64,000 nt of DNA from Escherichia phage JY01: the sequence record OR995200.1. The stretch is one strand, 5' to 3'. Numbering within the stretch: the first letter of the stretch is position 1; the number at the start of each line of letters is the position of its first letter. A program made the position numbers and the translations under genes. Below the pieces are notes generated by a model that saw only the letters and a list, made by a program, of their open reading frames with translations, did no database searches and was not told where the DNA came from. This document shows, piece by piece, positions 38,286 to 48,277 of this stretch.

Positions 38286-38286
38286 A

Positions 38287-39246
38287 TCACTTCCACTGCA
38301 TTTCACATGCTAACTGAATGAAAAGATAAACTAGATGCAATTCAGTATTAGCTGCAATACCATGATACTGATTATTTTCGCCGACAATTTCGTACATACG
38401 AATAATACTCTGTGGAGTTACACGTGAATAGATTTCTTCGGCAAGTTTACCCACGAACCACGAATAATCGGCTGCATATTTTGGTGCTAAAGCTCTGAGT
38501 TGTTTAACATCTTTATTTTTGAGAGACTCAAGAACATCATCAATAGCACCACGATCGTTAGTAACCAGTGATAAAATACCAGCATCCAAAACACCTTTAG
38601 ATGAATAACTATCGAGCTCGCCAATAGTTTTACGAAAATCAGGAAAATTCTTTTTAACCAAAGCTGCTACAACTTTCATATCAGCTATAGCAATTCCTTC
38701 ATGCTTACAGATTTCAGTCAATCGACGAATCATCTGCTTCATCATTTCAATTTTATCTTCATCGGTCGGTTGACCGAATGTGATAACTCGGCAGCGTGAC
38801 TGAAGCGGTTTAATAATACCATCAATATTGTTAGCAGTAATAATAATACTACAGTTCGAACTATAAGCTTCCATAAAGGAACGAAGATGTCGCTGAGACT
38901 CTGCTAATCCTGAACGGTCAAATTCATCAATAACGATTACTTTTTGACGACCGTCAAATGAAGCGGCGCTGGCAAAATTAGTCAAAGGACCGCGAACGAA
39001 ATCAATTTTACAATCTGATCCATTCACAAACATCATATCAGCATTTACATCATGACACAATGCTTTTGCTACAGTTGTTTTACCTGTTCCTGGAGAAGGA
39101 GAATGAAGAATAATATGTGGAATCTTACCTTTACTTGTAATAGATTTAAAGGTTTCTTTATCAAAGGCGGGAAGAATACATTCATCGATAGTAGATGGAC
39201 GATATTTCTGTTCAAGAATGTGTTCTTTTTCATTTACGGTAATCAT
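38287..39246 (-). CDS. 44: Clamp loader large subunit (AAA+)
   Basis: Trimmed from the TTG to the ATG with GAGGA Shine-Dalgarno, giving 319 aa as in T4 gp44. Walker [11 protein letters not shown]. Confidence 0.9.
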   Translation of the reverse strand: MITVNEKEHILEQKYRPSTIDECILPAFDKETFKSITSKGKIPHIILHSPSPGTGKTTVAKALCHDVNADMMFVNGSDCKIDFVRGPLTNFASAASFDGRQKVIVIDEFDRSGLAESQRHLRSFMEAYSSNCSIIITANNIDGIIKPLQSRCRVITFGQPTDEDKIEMMKQMIRRLTEICKHEGIAIADMKVVAALVKKNFPDFRKTIGELDSYSSKGVLDAGILSLVTNDRGAIDDVLESLKNKDVKQLRALAPKYAADYSWFVGKLAEEIYSRVTPQSIIRMYEIVGENNQYHGIAANTELHLVYLFIQLACEMQWK

Positions 39247-39277
39247 AATTTCCTCATTCAAGTTTTAGTGTAAATTA

Positions 39278-39294
39278 TAAAGGGCCGAAGCCCT
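39278..39294 (-). other. UUCG-tetraloop RNA hairpin between genes 45 and 44
   Basis: GGGCCGAAGCCC followed by a U-rich tract on the minus strand. Attenuator or RNA stability element. Confidence 0.45.
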
Positions 39295-39297
39295 CTA

Positions 39298-39984
39298 TTA
39301 AAAATCGTGGGTAGAATCAGCTTCAAGAGCTACTACATAATTCGCGTGTTCACCTTCAAATTTAGCAGCACCTTGTTTACCTTTTGCCCAGAGCAGAAGT
39401 TTATAATTTCCTGGTTGCATTTTCATATTTGCCATATTGATAATGAAATTAAATGTATTTTCACCATCATAATCACCAAGAGTCAAAGAATATTTAACAC
39501 GGGTCAGAGCAGAATCTTCTACTTTATTAAAACCGTTAATTACGATTTTACCTTCTTTTACCGTGATAGCAATTGTATCAATCTGCAGACCACGAGATAC
39601 ACGCAACAGCTGTTGAAGGTCTTCAGCTTTAATTTCAGTAACAACAGATGCTACTGGGAATGGAATTGGTTTATTAGGAGCAACTACTGTACTCGGATCG
39701 GCTGCTGGCCAAAAAATTGTTGAACGGGCATCAGCAATTTTAATATTTCCATCTTCTGACTGGGAAATTTCTGCATCATCATTAACTAAAGACAGAATAC
39801 CGAGAAAACCATTCAAATCGTAAATTGCTACATCAAAATCAATAGTGTCAGAAATATTTGCTTCCGCATAAGTTGTACCATTAACTGCACGAGTCATAAT
39901 AAATTGACCGGATTTAAGCATAATACCAGAGTTAATAGTAGCGAAATTTTTAAGCAGAGCAGTAGTATCTTTAGACAGTTTCAT
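39298..39984 (-). CDS. 45: Sliding clamp
   Basis: 228 aa as in T4 gp45. Confidence 0.9.
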   Translation of the reverse strand: MKLSKDTTALLKNFATINSGIMLKSGQFIMTRAVNGTTYAEANISDTIDFDVAIYDLNGFLGILSLVNDDAEISQSEDGNIKIADARSTIFWPAADPSTVVAPNKPIPFPVASVVTEIKAEDLQQLLRVSRGLQIDTIAITVKEGKIVINGFNKVEDSALTRVKYSLTLGDYDGENTFNFIINMANMKMQPGNYKLLLWAKGKQGAAKFEGEHANYVVALEADSTHDF

Positions 39985-40039
39985 GTAATTTCCTTCAATT
40001 CAAATGAGATTTAATTTTATAACTAATTTAATAAAGCAA

Positions 40040-40429
40040 TTAACGATTAAAATCAGCAGCAATTGTTTCCGCAACAATTTGAGCAGCAACAATTAGACGT
40101 TCATCTGCATTACCGCAATAATCATCTTCAAGGCGTTCACCGCATGAAGTCATAATAAATTTAGCACCAGCATTTAGAGATTCTGTCGTATGTTTGCGCA
40201 TTAGTTCAATCCATTTATTACTTACTTCACGATCGATAGCTTCATAATATGCATGACGAGCAGGTGCAGATTTAATTTTGTTCTGAATAACTTCCATTGC
40301 GTTATCAGAAAGAGACAAAACCCATGCGCGACGAATTTTATTTTGGTTTTGCGGATTTGAGTCAGAACGCACGTGTTTTGGCTGAATATCTTTTACATCA
40401 ACAGTATAATTCACAGTAATTTTAGTCAT
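40040..40429 (-). CDS. rpbA: RNA polymerase binding protein RpbA candidate
   Basis: 129 aa, same length and position (between 46 and 45) as T4 RpbA. Confidence 0.55.
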   Translation of the reverse strand: MTKITVNYTVDVKDIQPKHVRSDSNPQNQNKIRRAWVLSLSDNAMEVIQNKIKSAPARHAYYEAIDREVSNKWIELMRKHTTESLNAGAKFIMTSCGERLEDDYCGNADERLIVAAQIVAETIAADFNR

Positions 40430-40438
40430 AATACACCT

Positions 40439-40627
40439 TTAGTCATAATAATCAGTAACAGTCCAAGCTTCATTTCTATTGGACATTATTTTTGTATATT
40501 CTGCTTTAAATGCATTCCTAAGCATAGATTCAGTAACTATATGCTCTTCATTAGAAAAATTATTTCTCAGAATATATCGTTTTATTTCAGGAATAGTTAA
40601 TAGATGCTGTCCAGTTGAATATTCCAT
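40439..40627 (-). CDS. Hypothetical protein (62 aa)
   Basis: ORF between 46 and rpbA (45.2 position). Confidence 0.4.
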   Translation of the reverse strand: MEYSTGQHLLTIPEIKRYILRNNFSNEEHIVTESMLRNAFKAEYTKIMSNRNEAWTVTDYYD

Positions 40628-40682
40628 GTTTTTCCTCCATAGAGATTATACTCTAATAAATTAAAGCATAATCTCTTATAAA

Positions 40683-42365
40683 TTAAACCATTACAGTAAA
40701 TCGACCAACTTTCTTCATTTGAAGATGCTGACCGTATGCTTGCGGGTCATGGTCTCTATGCGAAATAACAAAAACATTAGTATTTTTTAAACTATCTAAA
40801 ATAGTTGAAATAGCTTTTACACCTTCAACGTCGGTCGCTGAATCAAAAACTTCATCAAGAATTAGTGTGTTTATTTTAACGCCTGAAACTTTTTCAGCAA
40901 TATCACGCCAAGTAAATAAAAGAGCAATATCAATTCGCGCTTTTTCACCTTGACTGAATGAAGCATAACTAAAATCTTCACGACCACGTGATTTAATTGT
41001 CTCATTAAATTCTTCATCTAATGTAAACACATAATCCGCTTCCATTATTTTAAGATAATGGTTAATCTGCTTATTAAATAATGGAATGTACTTTTTAATA
41101 ATAGCACCTTTAATACCAGAATCTTTGAGCATATCAGTCAAAATTCCTCGGTGGTATTTTTCCATTACTAAATTAGTTTTTGTCTTAACAATTTTATCAA
41201 GTTCTTCTTGAAGCAGTGCTATTTCATCAGCATGGTCAATAAACTCAGAAGATGCTTTTTCTATAGCCGCTTTAACCTTTTTAGCTTTATCTACTGCTGC
41301 GATCAGAGATTGCTTTTTATTGCGAATATCATTTGCCAACGACTGCTGGGTTTTAATATTATCTCGGTATTCATCAACAAGAACTTTTAAATTATCACGA
41401 TGTGTTGAAAGCTGTTCAAACGAATGCGTACATTCAGAAACTTTATCTTTAATTTTAGAAACAACTTTATCACCTGAACTTAATTGTGACAAGCAGGTTG
41501 GGCATAATCCACCTTCGTGATACATATTAATGACTTTATTATACGAGTCAATTTTTGATTTAATTAAAACTGCTTCTTGACCGATTTTATTAAATGCATC
41601 AGTCGGGTCTTCATCTAAAACAATATTAACTAATCTTTCATTAGCTTCTTCTATTTCCGATTTTAGCGTTCTAGCTTCTTTTGCCAAATCATCATACATA
41701 TTTTGAAGACGAGTAAGGTTGTCACCCGTTAATTTTTTCTGGCGTTCAACGTTATCATTATATATTTTAATTTGTTGGATAATACTATCTTTTTTAACAT
41801 CAAGCACTTGGTTTTGTGAATTTAATTCACGTATTAGTGCTTTATTAAGCTTATCCATTTCAGCTAATGTTCCTACCTCAAGCAGGTCTTCCACAAGCTT
41901 TCTTCGCGCAGGGGTCGACAAACCCATGAAAGGGGTATACCCTGCTGTACCAAGGACAACAATCTGCTTGAAACTGGCATATGACATTCCGATAAGCTGT
42001 TCAAATTCTGCTTGGAAATCTTTACTGCTGGCAGATTCATTAAGACGTGTACCGTTAACGGTGATTTCGAAAACGTTTGGTTTTTGTCCTCTTTTGATAT
42101 AGTACTTTTTCTCATCATATTCCATCCACAGTTCAACTAAAAGTTCTTTCTTATTTGTGCTGTTTATTAATTGACCTTTCTTTACATCACGAAATGGCTT
42201 GCCAAAAAGCCCAAATGTGATGGCTTCTAACATAGTAGACTTACCACCGCCATTTCGTCCAGTAATAAGAGTTTTTTGAACCTTATCTAATTGAATGCCA
42301 ATAGGATTTCCACCTACTGACATTATATTTTGATACCTAACTCGGTTTAGTTTAAAATTCTTCAC
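40683..42365 (-). CDS. 46: Recombination endonuclease subunit (SbcC/Rad50-like)
   Basis: 560 aa as in T4 gp46. Walker A GRNGGGKST, central coiled coil, C-terminal LILDEVFD. GTG start. Confidence 0.9.
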   Translation of the reverse strand: MKNFKLNRVRYQNIMSVGGNPIGIQLDKVQKTLITGRNGGGKSTMLEAITFGLFGKPFRDVKKGQLINSTNKKELLVELWMEYDEKKYYIKRGQKPNVFEITVNGTRLNESASSKDFQAEFEQLIGMSYASFKQIVVLGTAGYTPFMGLSTPARRKLVEDLLEVGTLAEMDKLNKALIRELNSQNQVLDVKKDSIIQQIKIYNDNVERQKKLTGDNLTRLQNMYDDLAKEARTLKSEIEEANERLVNIVLDEDPTDAFNKIGQEAVLIKSKIDSYNKVINMYHEGGLCPTCLSQLSSGDKVVSKIKDKVSECTHSFEQLSTHRDNLKVLVDEYRDNIKTQQSLANDIRNKKQSLIAAVDKAKKVKAAIEKASSEFIDHADEIALLQEELDKIVKTKTNLVMEKYHRGILTDMLKDSGIKGAIIKKYIPLFNKQINHYLKIMEADYVFTLDEEFNETIKSRGREDFSYASFSQGEKARIDIALLFTWRDIAEKVSGVKINTLILDEVFDSATDVEGVKAISTILDSLKNTNVFVISHRDHDPQAYGQHLQMKKVGRFTVMV

Positions 42366-42625
42366 AAAAGATTCCTTTTAATGTATCTTTTAGACCATTC
42401 TATCATATCATCATAATCTAAAAAGTATTCATCAAATTCAGCCATGCAAACAACACCTTGTGCTACTTTTGATGTGATATAAATTATTCCAACATATCTA
42501 GAATCTTCTTCGGTATAATCAATATTTGCTATGAATTCATCATTAATGTCAAATGTCGAAAACTTCACAGTATGCATCCTTAATACAAGATACAGCCATA
42601 TCTTGTAATGATTTAGGTGTATCAT
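42362..42625 (-). CDS. Hypothetical protein (46.1 position)
   Basis: 87-aa ORF overlapping the next ORF in another frame. Start uncertain. Confidence 0.35.
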   Translation of the reverse strand: MIHLNHYKIWLYLVLRMHTVKFSTFDINDEFIANIDYTEEDSRYVGIIYITSKVAQGVVCMAEFDEYFLDYDDMIEWSKRYIKRNLL

Positions 42626-42812
42626 TATCTAAAATGTTGAAGTTAAAAGATACGGCCCAATCAGTGCATACCGTAACCTTTTTAATACAATTATCTTCAA
42701 CCTCTAACGGTTCAAACCAATATTCAATAATTTCTTTATGCCCAATATCATCTTTTACTTCGCATTCAAAATGCTGACTCATCATAACATTTTTAAATTC
42801 ATCAAAAGTCAT
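42549..42812 (-). CDS. Hypothetical protein (46.2 position)
   Basis: 87-aa ORF. ATG overlaps the gene 47 stop. Confidence 0.4.
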   Translation of the reverse strand: MTFDEFKNVMMSQHFECEVKDDIGHKEIIEYWFEPLEVEDNCIKKVTVCTDWAVSFNFNILDNDTPKSLQDMAVSCIKDAYCEVFDI

Positions 42813-43828
42813 TGTGTTGCCTCTACATATAACTGATTTGCATATTGAATAAGTGCTTCGCGATCAGAATCAGTGATGTCTGGAATTGCATTAATGTATT
42901 CTTCCATCAATGTCTGAAGAGATTGAACTTCAACTTCTTCACTATCATCTGACTCAACAGAGTTATCAATCTTTGACACAACTCGTAATGAATGCACAAC
43001 TTTTTCTAGTTCAGATTCGAACTTCGTTAAATTTTTGTCTACTTCAGTTACTATAACACGCACTGATAGATTTGTAAAATCTTTATAGTCAATTTTTCCT
43101 TTAAATGGATAATGAATTCTACGATGCCAGGTAGTATTGTTTGGAATAAATTCCATTCGTTCTGTTTCTGTATCAAACATCCAGAACCCACGAGGGTCAT
43201 TCTCGTCACCTGCAGTTAGTGTCCATGGTGTCCCAATATATCTAACGTTAGCAGCCTCAGAGATAGTATGGAAGTGACCAGACCACACTTCTTTATAAGT
43301 CTTAAGGAAATCAGGTTCAAGACCATGAGATTTCATTCCTTTATAAAAATAAAATCCATTCAGTTCCCAGTGACCAACACAAAAAGAAGCAGATGAAGTT
43401 TTGATGTGTTCAAGAATTTCACCAGTATTTTCTTCACACATCCAAGGAATCAAATCAATCAAACACCCGTCAAAATCTACTGTAGTAGGCTTATCATATA
43501 CTTTAACATTAGGATATTTAGCCAAAAGCTCAGTAGAAGCATTTGGATGCATTACATTTTTGTAGTGAAGATCGTGATTTCCTACAATAGTATGTAGGGT
43601 AATACCAGCATCATCAAGCATTTGAACTATTTCACGAGCAAACTCCATAGTTTTATGCGTGATCGCTTTTCGCACATCAAAAATATCACCGTATTGAATC
43701 CATACCGTAATTCCATTTTTCTTAGAATATTCTATCGCTTGCTTAATTCCATCAATTTGAATACCGCGAATCCACTCATCATCAGCTTTAACGCCTAAAT
43801 GCCAATCACCTAAATTTAAAATTTTCAT
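42809..43828 (-). CDS. 47: Recombination endonuclease subunit (SbcD/Mre11-like)
   Basis: 339 aa as in T4 gp47. N-terminal GDWHLG phosphoesterase motif. Confidence 0.9.
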   Translation of the reverse strand: MKILNLGDWHLGVKADDEWIRGIQIDGIKQAIEYSKKNGITVWIQYGDIFDVRKAITHKTMEFAREIVQMLDDAGITLHTIVGNHDLHYKNVMHPNASTELLAKYPNVKVYDKPTTVDFDGCLIDLIPWMCEENTGEILEHIKTSSASFCVGHWELNGFYFYKGMKSHGLEPDFLKTYKEVWSGHFHTISEAANVRYIGTPWTLTAGDENDPRGFWMFDTETERMEFIPNNTTWHRRIHYPFKGKIDYKDFTNLSVRVIVTEVDKNLTKFESELEKVVHSLRVVSKIDNSVESDDSEEVEVQSLQTLMEEYINAIPDITDSDREALIQYANQLYVEATQ

Positions 43829-43965
43829 ATATCAAGAACCGTCATTGAAATGCAAAATAAAATTATTGAAATAAACCCATCTGGTGTGCTAAAGAACCCA
43901 ATCCAACATGCTCTAGTGAATAGATAAAATGCGAGAAAAAGTATCACATATCCAAGAAATATCAT
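43825..43965 (-). CDS. Small hydrophobic protein (about 46 aa, not in ORF track)
   Basis: MIFLGYVILFLAFYLFTRACWIGFF... Stop overlaps the gene 47 start. GGAG is 12 nt upstream. Confidence 0.3.
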   Translation of the reverse strand: MIFLGYVILFLAFYLFTRACWIGFFSTPDGFISIILFCISMTVLDI

Positions 43966-43989
43966 TATATCAAACTCCGTATAAAGCTA

Positions 43990-44006
43990 AAGGGCCGAAG
44001 CCCTTT
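43990..44006 (-). terminator. UUCG-tetraloop hairpin, terminator-like
   Basis: GGGCCGAAGCCC followed by a T-rich tract on the minus strand at the end of the 400-aa gene. Confidence 0.45.
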
Positions 44007-45207
44007 ATTTTGTAATAATGTCAAACTGTTCTTTAAAACAGAAGCTTGAATCTTGATGCTGATACAAAAATTCATAAGCTTTTTCACGTTCGCGGTCATA
44101 AAGAGCTCGGTCAGATGACAGTTCTTTAATACGTTCAAATGTTGATTCCATATCATTTTCATCAAACCAAATGATACCGCTATCATGCGAGGTCAAAGGA
44201 GTATTATCAACACGGAATTTTAAATTTTCGCCAGTAGATTTCCAAAATACCGGAATTGTTCCACATGCACCAAGCTCGAGATGAGTATATTCTAAAGAAC
44301 GTTGTAGATATTTTTTATCCAACTTACTCAACTGATAACCAAAACCGGATTTACTCATACGTTCAAGCATTTCGCTATTTACATAACGGTCAAGAATTTG
44401 CGTTGGCAAATTAGGAGCAATTTTAATTTGGTCTACTTGATGAAGACGATAATACTCGTATGGAATTCCTTTTTCTTTAATAGGAATGAACGCTGGAGAA
44501 CGTTCCAGACCTTCCATAATAGTACTTAGTCCTGCAGGTTTAAGATGTTTTTCATGAAAATCAAACATCTGATAAAAACCTTTCCATGTAGTCGTACGAC
44601 CAATCCAACGGTTAACATTCATGTTAACTTCAGAAACATCTTTCCAGTAGGTTGACCGAACCTTCGCAATATCCATAGGAGGCTGAAAGTTATATACTGT
44701 CGGTGCTTCTTCAATATCATCAAACAGAGAAACAGTTTCTGGATACCATTCTTTCATCAGAACTTTATTAAAATCGCCATTATCAGAATGGCTAAAAATA
44801 ACATCAGCTCGACGAACAGTTTCTTCTAATCCCAAATTTCGACGCAAAGAAAGAGAAGAATGGTCATGCTGATAAACTACAACACGAACAGAAGGTTTAA
44901 TGTTATCAATAATTTTTTTATAGTTATTAATAGTGTCTTCTTCAACCGAAGTAGCAGGAACTGAATTGATAATTAGAATATCACAATCATTTACCAGCTT
45001 AAGTGTTTTATCGTATTCTTTTGCCAATAAAACCGGAATTGAAAATGATTTATAATCATGCGCACAATTACGAGTAAATGATTTATCTTTAGCATAAACC
45101 AAAGTTACTTCATGACCATTTTTAATAAACCAATCACGTTGCTCAAGAGAAAATTTAGTTACACCACAACCTTCAAGACCTCGAGCCATAAAAATACATA
45201 CTTTCAT
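44005..45207 (-). CDS. agt: Alpha-glucosyltransferase candidate
   Basis: 400 aa, same length and position (between 55 and 47) as T4 a-gt. Not verified by motif. Confidence 0.6.
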   Translation of the reverse strand: MKVCIFMARGLEGCGVTKFSLEQRDWFIKNGHEVTLVYAKDKSFTRNCAHDYKSFSIPVLLAKEYDKTLKLVNDCDILIINSVPATSVEEDTINNYKKIIDNIKPSVRVVVYQHDHSSLSLRRNLGLEETVRRADVIFSHSDNGDFNKVLMKEWYPETVSLFDDIEEAPTVYNFQPPMDIAKVRSTYWKDVSEVNMNVNRWIGRTTTWKGFYQMFDFHEKHLKPAGLSTIMEGLERSPAFIPIKEKGIPYEYYRLHQVDQIKIAPNLPTQILDRYVNSEMLERMSKSGFGYQLSKLDKKYLQRSLEYTHLELGACGTIPVFWKSTGENLKFRVDNTPLTSHDSGIIWFDENDMESTFERIKELSSDRALYDREREKAYEFLYQHQDSSFCFKEQFDIITK

Positions 45208-45261
45208 TTAATATCCTCTTTGTTTTGGTTTATTTTACCAAAAATTTATAAAGCAATATAG

Positions 45262-45276
45262 GAGCCGAAGCTCCTA
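45262..45276 (-). other. UUCG-type RNA hairpin
   Basis: GGAGCCGAAGCTCC stem-loop. Confidence 0.4.
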
Positions 45277-45447
45277 TCCGCATAATACACCGTATAGAGG
45301 CTCATTAGAGCTTCTAAATTTTATACGCTTATATGTTATAGTTCCTTCTGCTTTAGCTTTATCATGAGACTCTTTAAAGCGTCTCATCATTTCCTTTTTA
45401 GAGGAACGAATTTTATTATAATCTATTTCAGAAGTCTGGATGTTCAT
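45274..45447 (-). CDS. Small basic protein (about 57 aa, not in ORF track)
   Basis: MNIQTSEIDYNKIRSSKKEMMRRFKESHDKAKAEG... Starts 4 nt after the upstream stop. Confidence 0.3.
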   Translation of the reverse strand: MNIQTSEIDYNKIRSSKKEMMRRFKESHDKAKAEGTITYKRIKFRSSNEPLYGVLCG

Positions 45448-45450
45448 CTT

Positions 45451-45657
45451 TCATAACTGCCACCATTTTTTGACTTGATAAGAATCAACCCACACTTTCA
45501 TATTAGGGTCTGCTCTTACAATAGGAGGATTAACTTCTTTAATTGAACTATCATGGTATTCTTTTTCAGAAATTTTCACACAAAGATGACCATTCAAAGA
45601 TTCAGTAAATCCTGCATTAATTTTAAGACGCTTGAATTTTACATGTGTAAGCATCAA
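45451..45657 (-). CDS. Hypothetical protein (68 aa)
   Basis: ORF in the 55 to a-gt interval. Start uncertain. Confidence 0.35.
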   Translation of the reverse strand: MMLTHVKFKRLKINAGFTESLNGHLCVKISEKEYHDSSIKEVNPPIVRADPNMKVWVDSYQVKKWWQL

Positions 45658-45940
45658 TCATATCCTCAATCTGCGATCTAGTAGTCTTCCAAAGAATACT
45701 AATAAGTTCATCGTTATATGGCTGTTTTAGAATATCCCGACTTTTCTTGATAGCATATTCGTATTGAGCAAAATTATTATTTTCAGCTGCAATCTGAGCG
45801 TGCTTATAAAGACGATTCAGTTCGCGTTTGTTTTTAGACAATAACTTATTTGCTTTTCTTTCTGCTTCAAGACGGTTCTTTTCTTCAATAGAAGAAATAA
45901 GCTTTTCCACTTCATCATTAATTTCGGGTTTATCAGTCAT
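45623..45940 (-). CDS. Hypothetical protein (105 aa)
   Basis: Helical, charged ORF. Confidence 0.45.
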   Translation of the reverse strand: MTDKPEINDEVEKLISSIEEKNRLEAERKANKLLSKNKRELNRLYKHAQIAAENNNFAQYEYAIKKSRDILKQPYNDELISILWKTTRSQIEDMIDAYTCKIQAS

Positions 45941-45941
45941 A

Positions 45942-46160
45942 TTATTTCTCTAATATAAAATAAAAATCATCATCTGTTAAATGATACCGATAGTTTAATT
46001 CTACACCATTAGATTTAAAAGCGGTATCATACGGATTTTCTGGATCAATATCAATGTCAAGAGCTAAAACTTCCCTGAGATACATTTTAAGTAAATAGGG
46101 AATAGCTTCAACTTCAGGTATTTCTTCCAAGAATCCGGAGAGGTTAATCGTTAGCCTCAT
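45942..46160 (-). CDS. Hypothetical protein (72 aa)
   Basis: ORF directly downstream of gene 55. Confidence 0.45.
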
Positions 46161-46701
46161 ATAAAAAATCCAAACTAGGAGAATCGTCTACAACACTTTT
46201 CTTTTCAGCCCCCGGTGTTCTATAGGTTGATTCTTCGTAATGCGTCATTTTATCATAGATGTCTTGAATAAAAGTTTCATCTACTAACGCAACCATATCG
46301 TCGTCACGGCTGTCATAGACATTGTGAACGAAGTAACTATATTTCTTTGCAACTTCCTTACGTTCTTTTTTAATACGCTGGACGAATGCATTAAAACAAG
46401 CTTGAGTTATATATGCATGTGGGTTTTTATATTTCGTTTCATCAAAATTATGAAGCCCCTTAATAGAAGCTTCTATACCATCTGCAATCATTTCTTGTTT
46501 CCAAGACTGGGTGTATCCTGAAAAGTTGAAACGTTTAGATAAGCCTTCTGCAATAAGCATAATGGCTAATCCGATAGTATCATTCTGACGAACTACTTTA
46601 TTTGGGTCTTTATTATTTGCTAATTCTGTTTTCCAATCAATAATAGCTTGTAAAAGCTCTTTATTGTTTACGTAATTATATTTAGGCTTAGTTTCTGACA
46701 T
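46144..46701 (-). CDS. 55: Late-promoter sigma factor
   Basis: Trimmed to [24 protein letters not shown]... (185 aa as in T4 gp55). AGAGGTGA Shine-Dalgarno. Confidence 0.85.
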
Positions 46702-46728
46702 TTTCACCTCTTAGCTCAATTCATAGAT

Positions 46729-46768
46729 CTATTATATCATAATATTTGAAGATCTATCTTAAAGCATA
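46729..46768 (-). promoter_or_regulatory. Candidate MotA-dependent middle promoter for gene 55
   Basis: Minus strand has a MotA-box-like TATGCTTTA about 12 nt upstream of a TATTAT/TATAAT -10 region. Confidence 0.35.
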
Positions 46769-46779
46769 GAGGATATCAG

Positions 46780-47049
46780 TTATCTAAGTAAACAGTATGC
46801 TTGGAACACTTTCTCCATCATCTTTTTAAATTCATGAATATCTATGTAATGATCATTAATATCAGCGCGATATAAAAAGTCTAAAAACTTTTTATGGGTA
46901 TTAGAATATTTACTTCCAGTTAATTCAGAAACATGGCTTTCCCAATATCCAACACCAGTTTTATTTGGGAAAAATGAAATTTTCATGTATTGGTCAACAT
47001 AGAAAATACCAAAATTTTCAATAGCAATAGAAATATTAATTAATTTCAT
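46780..47049 (-). CDS. Hypothetical protein (89 aa)
   Basis: ORF upstream of gene 55. Confidence 0.4.
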   Translation of the reverse strand: MKLINISIAIENFGIFYVDQYMKISFFPNKTGVGYWESHVSELTGSKYSNTHKKFLDFLYRADINDHYIDIHEFKKMMEKVFQAYCLLR

Positions 47050-47267
47050 ACATTCATCAACTTAGCCGCTTCAAGAGCTGCATCTAGTGAATCAAATTGG
47101 TCAACATATTCAATTAATTCGCCGTAATTAGCGTATAACCACCATTGGCTAAATTCATACTCAAGGATGAATCCGTTTCCTTCAATTTGAGTTAAACCAA
47201 TGCCATTTGTATTTACTTCGTATCCGGCAAGACGCAAATCGTTAATAAGAGATTCGTTCATATTCAT
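47046..47267 (-). CDS. Hypothetical protein (73 aa)
   Basis: Acidic ORF. Stop overlaps the next start. Confidence 0.4.
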   Translation of the reverse strand: MNMNESLINDLRLAGYEVNTNGIGLTQIEGNGFILEYEFSQWWLYANYGELIEYVDQFDSLDAALEAAKLMNV

Positions 47268-47590
47268 ACCTTAGCAATTTTCAGGTCAGCAAATTTTTTC
47301 TTGCGTTGATTTTTCATGCGACGAATAGTTTTATCGGAAATTTCATGCTTTTGATAAGCTTTAGATTCTACACCAAAAGCTTTAACATCAAATTCTGACA
47401 AGATATATTGAACCAACAATTCACGGACAGTATTGCGTCCAATTTTCTGATCATTCTGTTTCATCGTCTGATGAAGTTCTTTTTCCCATTTATCCAAAAT
47501 TTGAGGAGTTACAATATCGCCTTTTTCTAGCAAAGAAACTACTTTATCATATGCGTAAGAATTGATGGCGTTTTTAATTTGAATAGTCAT
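47264..47590 (-). CDS. Hypothetical protein (108 aa)
   Basis: ATG start. Basic C-terminus. Confidence 0.45.
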   Translation of the reverse strand: MTIQIKNAINSYAYDKVVSLLEKGDIVTPQILDKWEKELHQTMKQNDQKIGRNTVRELLVQYILSEFDVKAFGVESKAYQKHEISDKTIRRMKNQRKKKFADLKIAKV

Positions 47591-47629
47591 ACATTATCCT
47601 CAATTGCATTAAAAATTTATTATCCAAAA

Positions 47630-47644
47630 AAGGGCCGAAGCCCT
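47630..47644 (-). terminator. UUCG-tetraloop hairpin terminator
   Basis: GGGCCGAAGCCC followed by CTTTTTT on the minus strand. Confidence 0.5.
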
Positions 47645-47844
47645 TAGCTAAACTTTTTGGCACCCTTCCAGCCTTCATACATCATTGCGGCTGATATTAA
47701 TATTGCTCCTGAGCAACTTGAATATTTGTGATTCCAAAACCAGTTTAGAAAAACTTCGTCATCAATACCTTGTGCTATCATATTTTCAAAGAACTGACGA
47801 CGAGCTTCTGCAATTCGCTGCGATAATTTAGATTCAGGATTCAT
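47644..47844 (-). CDS. Hypothetical protein (66 aa)
   Basis: ORF with ATG start. Confidence 0.4.
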   Translation of the reverse strand: MNPESKLSQRIAEARRQFFENMIAQGIDDEVFLNWFWNHKYSSCSGAILISAAMMYEGWKGAKKFS

Positions 47845-47976
47845 TTAAATTTTCCAATTACCGTTTTCATCAATGAATTTAATCCAGTCATTTACTGACC
47901 ACTTAGTTGTATCGCCTTTTGGAGTAACATTTAAAGTATATAGCCCTTGCTTAAAAAGCATTCGTTTGATATTCAT
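47845..47976 (-). CDS. Small hypothetical protein (43 aa)
   Basis: Track ORF trimmed to the ATG with strong GAGGAAAAT Shine-Dalgarno: MNIKRMLFKQGLYTLNVTPKGDTTKW... Confidence 0.4.
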   Translation of the reverse strand: MNIKRMLFKQGLYTLNVTPKGDTTKWSVNDWIKFIDENGNWKI

Positions 47977-47983
47977 ATTTTCC

Positions 47984-48277
47984 TCAGCTGTAACGATAAC
48001 ACTCGTTTGATTTACGTTTAGCAACTCGTTGAGAAGTATTATAATCAAAATCATCGTCAATGTAAACTGATTTTTTCAACTTTCTTACTTCACCGCGTAA
48101 TTGACGATTTAACTCATCTTTAACTTCTGAATCAATGCCTTTCATTCTACGCCATTTATCTGAGCGAAAAATGTTTTCAACCATATCTTTATGACTTACA
48201 CCGTCTGGAGCTTTACGCTTTCCAAAATAGTCATAATCACGCACTTTTAAGTCTTTACGACGATACGTTTTACCCAT
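47984..48277 (-). CDS. Basic hypothetical protein (97 aa)
   Basis: Track ORF trimmed to MGKTYRRKDLKVRDYDYFGKRK... with AAGGA Shine-Dalgarno. Confidence 0.45.
   Translation of the reverse strand: MGKTYRRKDLKVRDYDYFGKRKAPDGVSHKDMVENIFRSDKWRRMKGIDSEVKDELNRQLRGEVRKLKKSVYIDDDFDYNTSQRVAKRKSNECYRYS

Noticed and set aside
39985-40040. Possible late promoter upstream of gene 45 (TATAAAAT) and upstream of 49214-49429 (TATAAATG)
   Set aside because: One mismatch from the strict TATAAATA late consensus. Not reported as features without transcript evidence.
43965-44186. 73-aa minus-strand track ORF overlapping the 3' end of the 400-aa gene
   Set aside because: Wrong frame inside a well-supported gene, with no Shine-Dalgarno.
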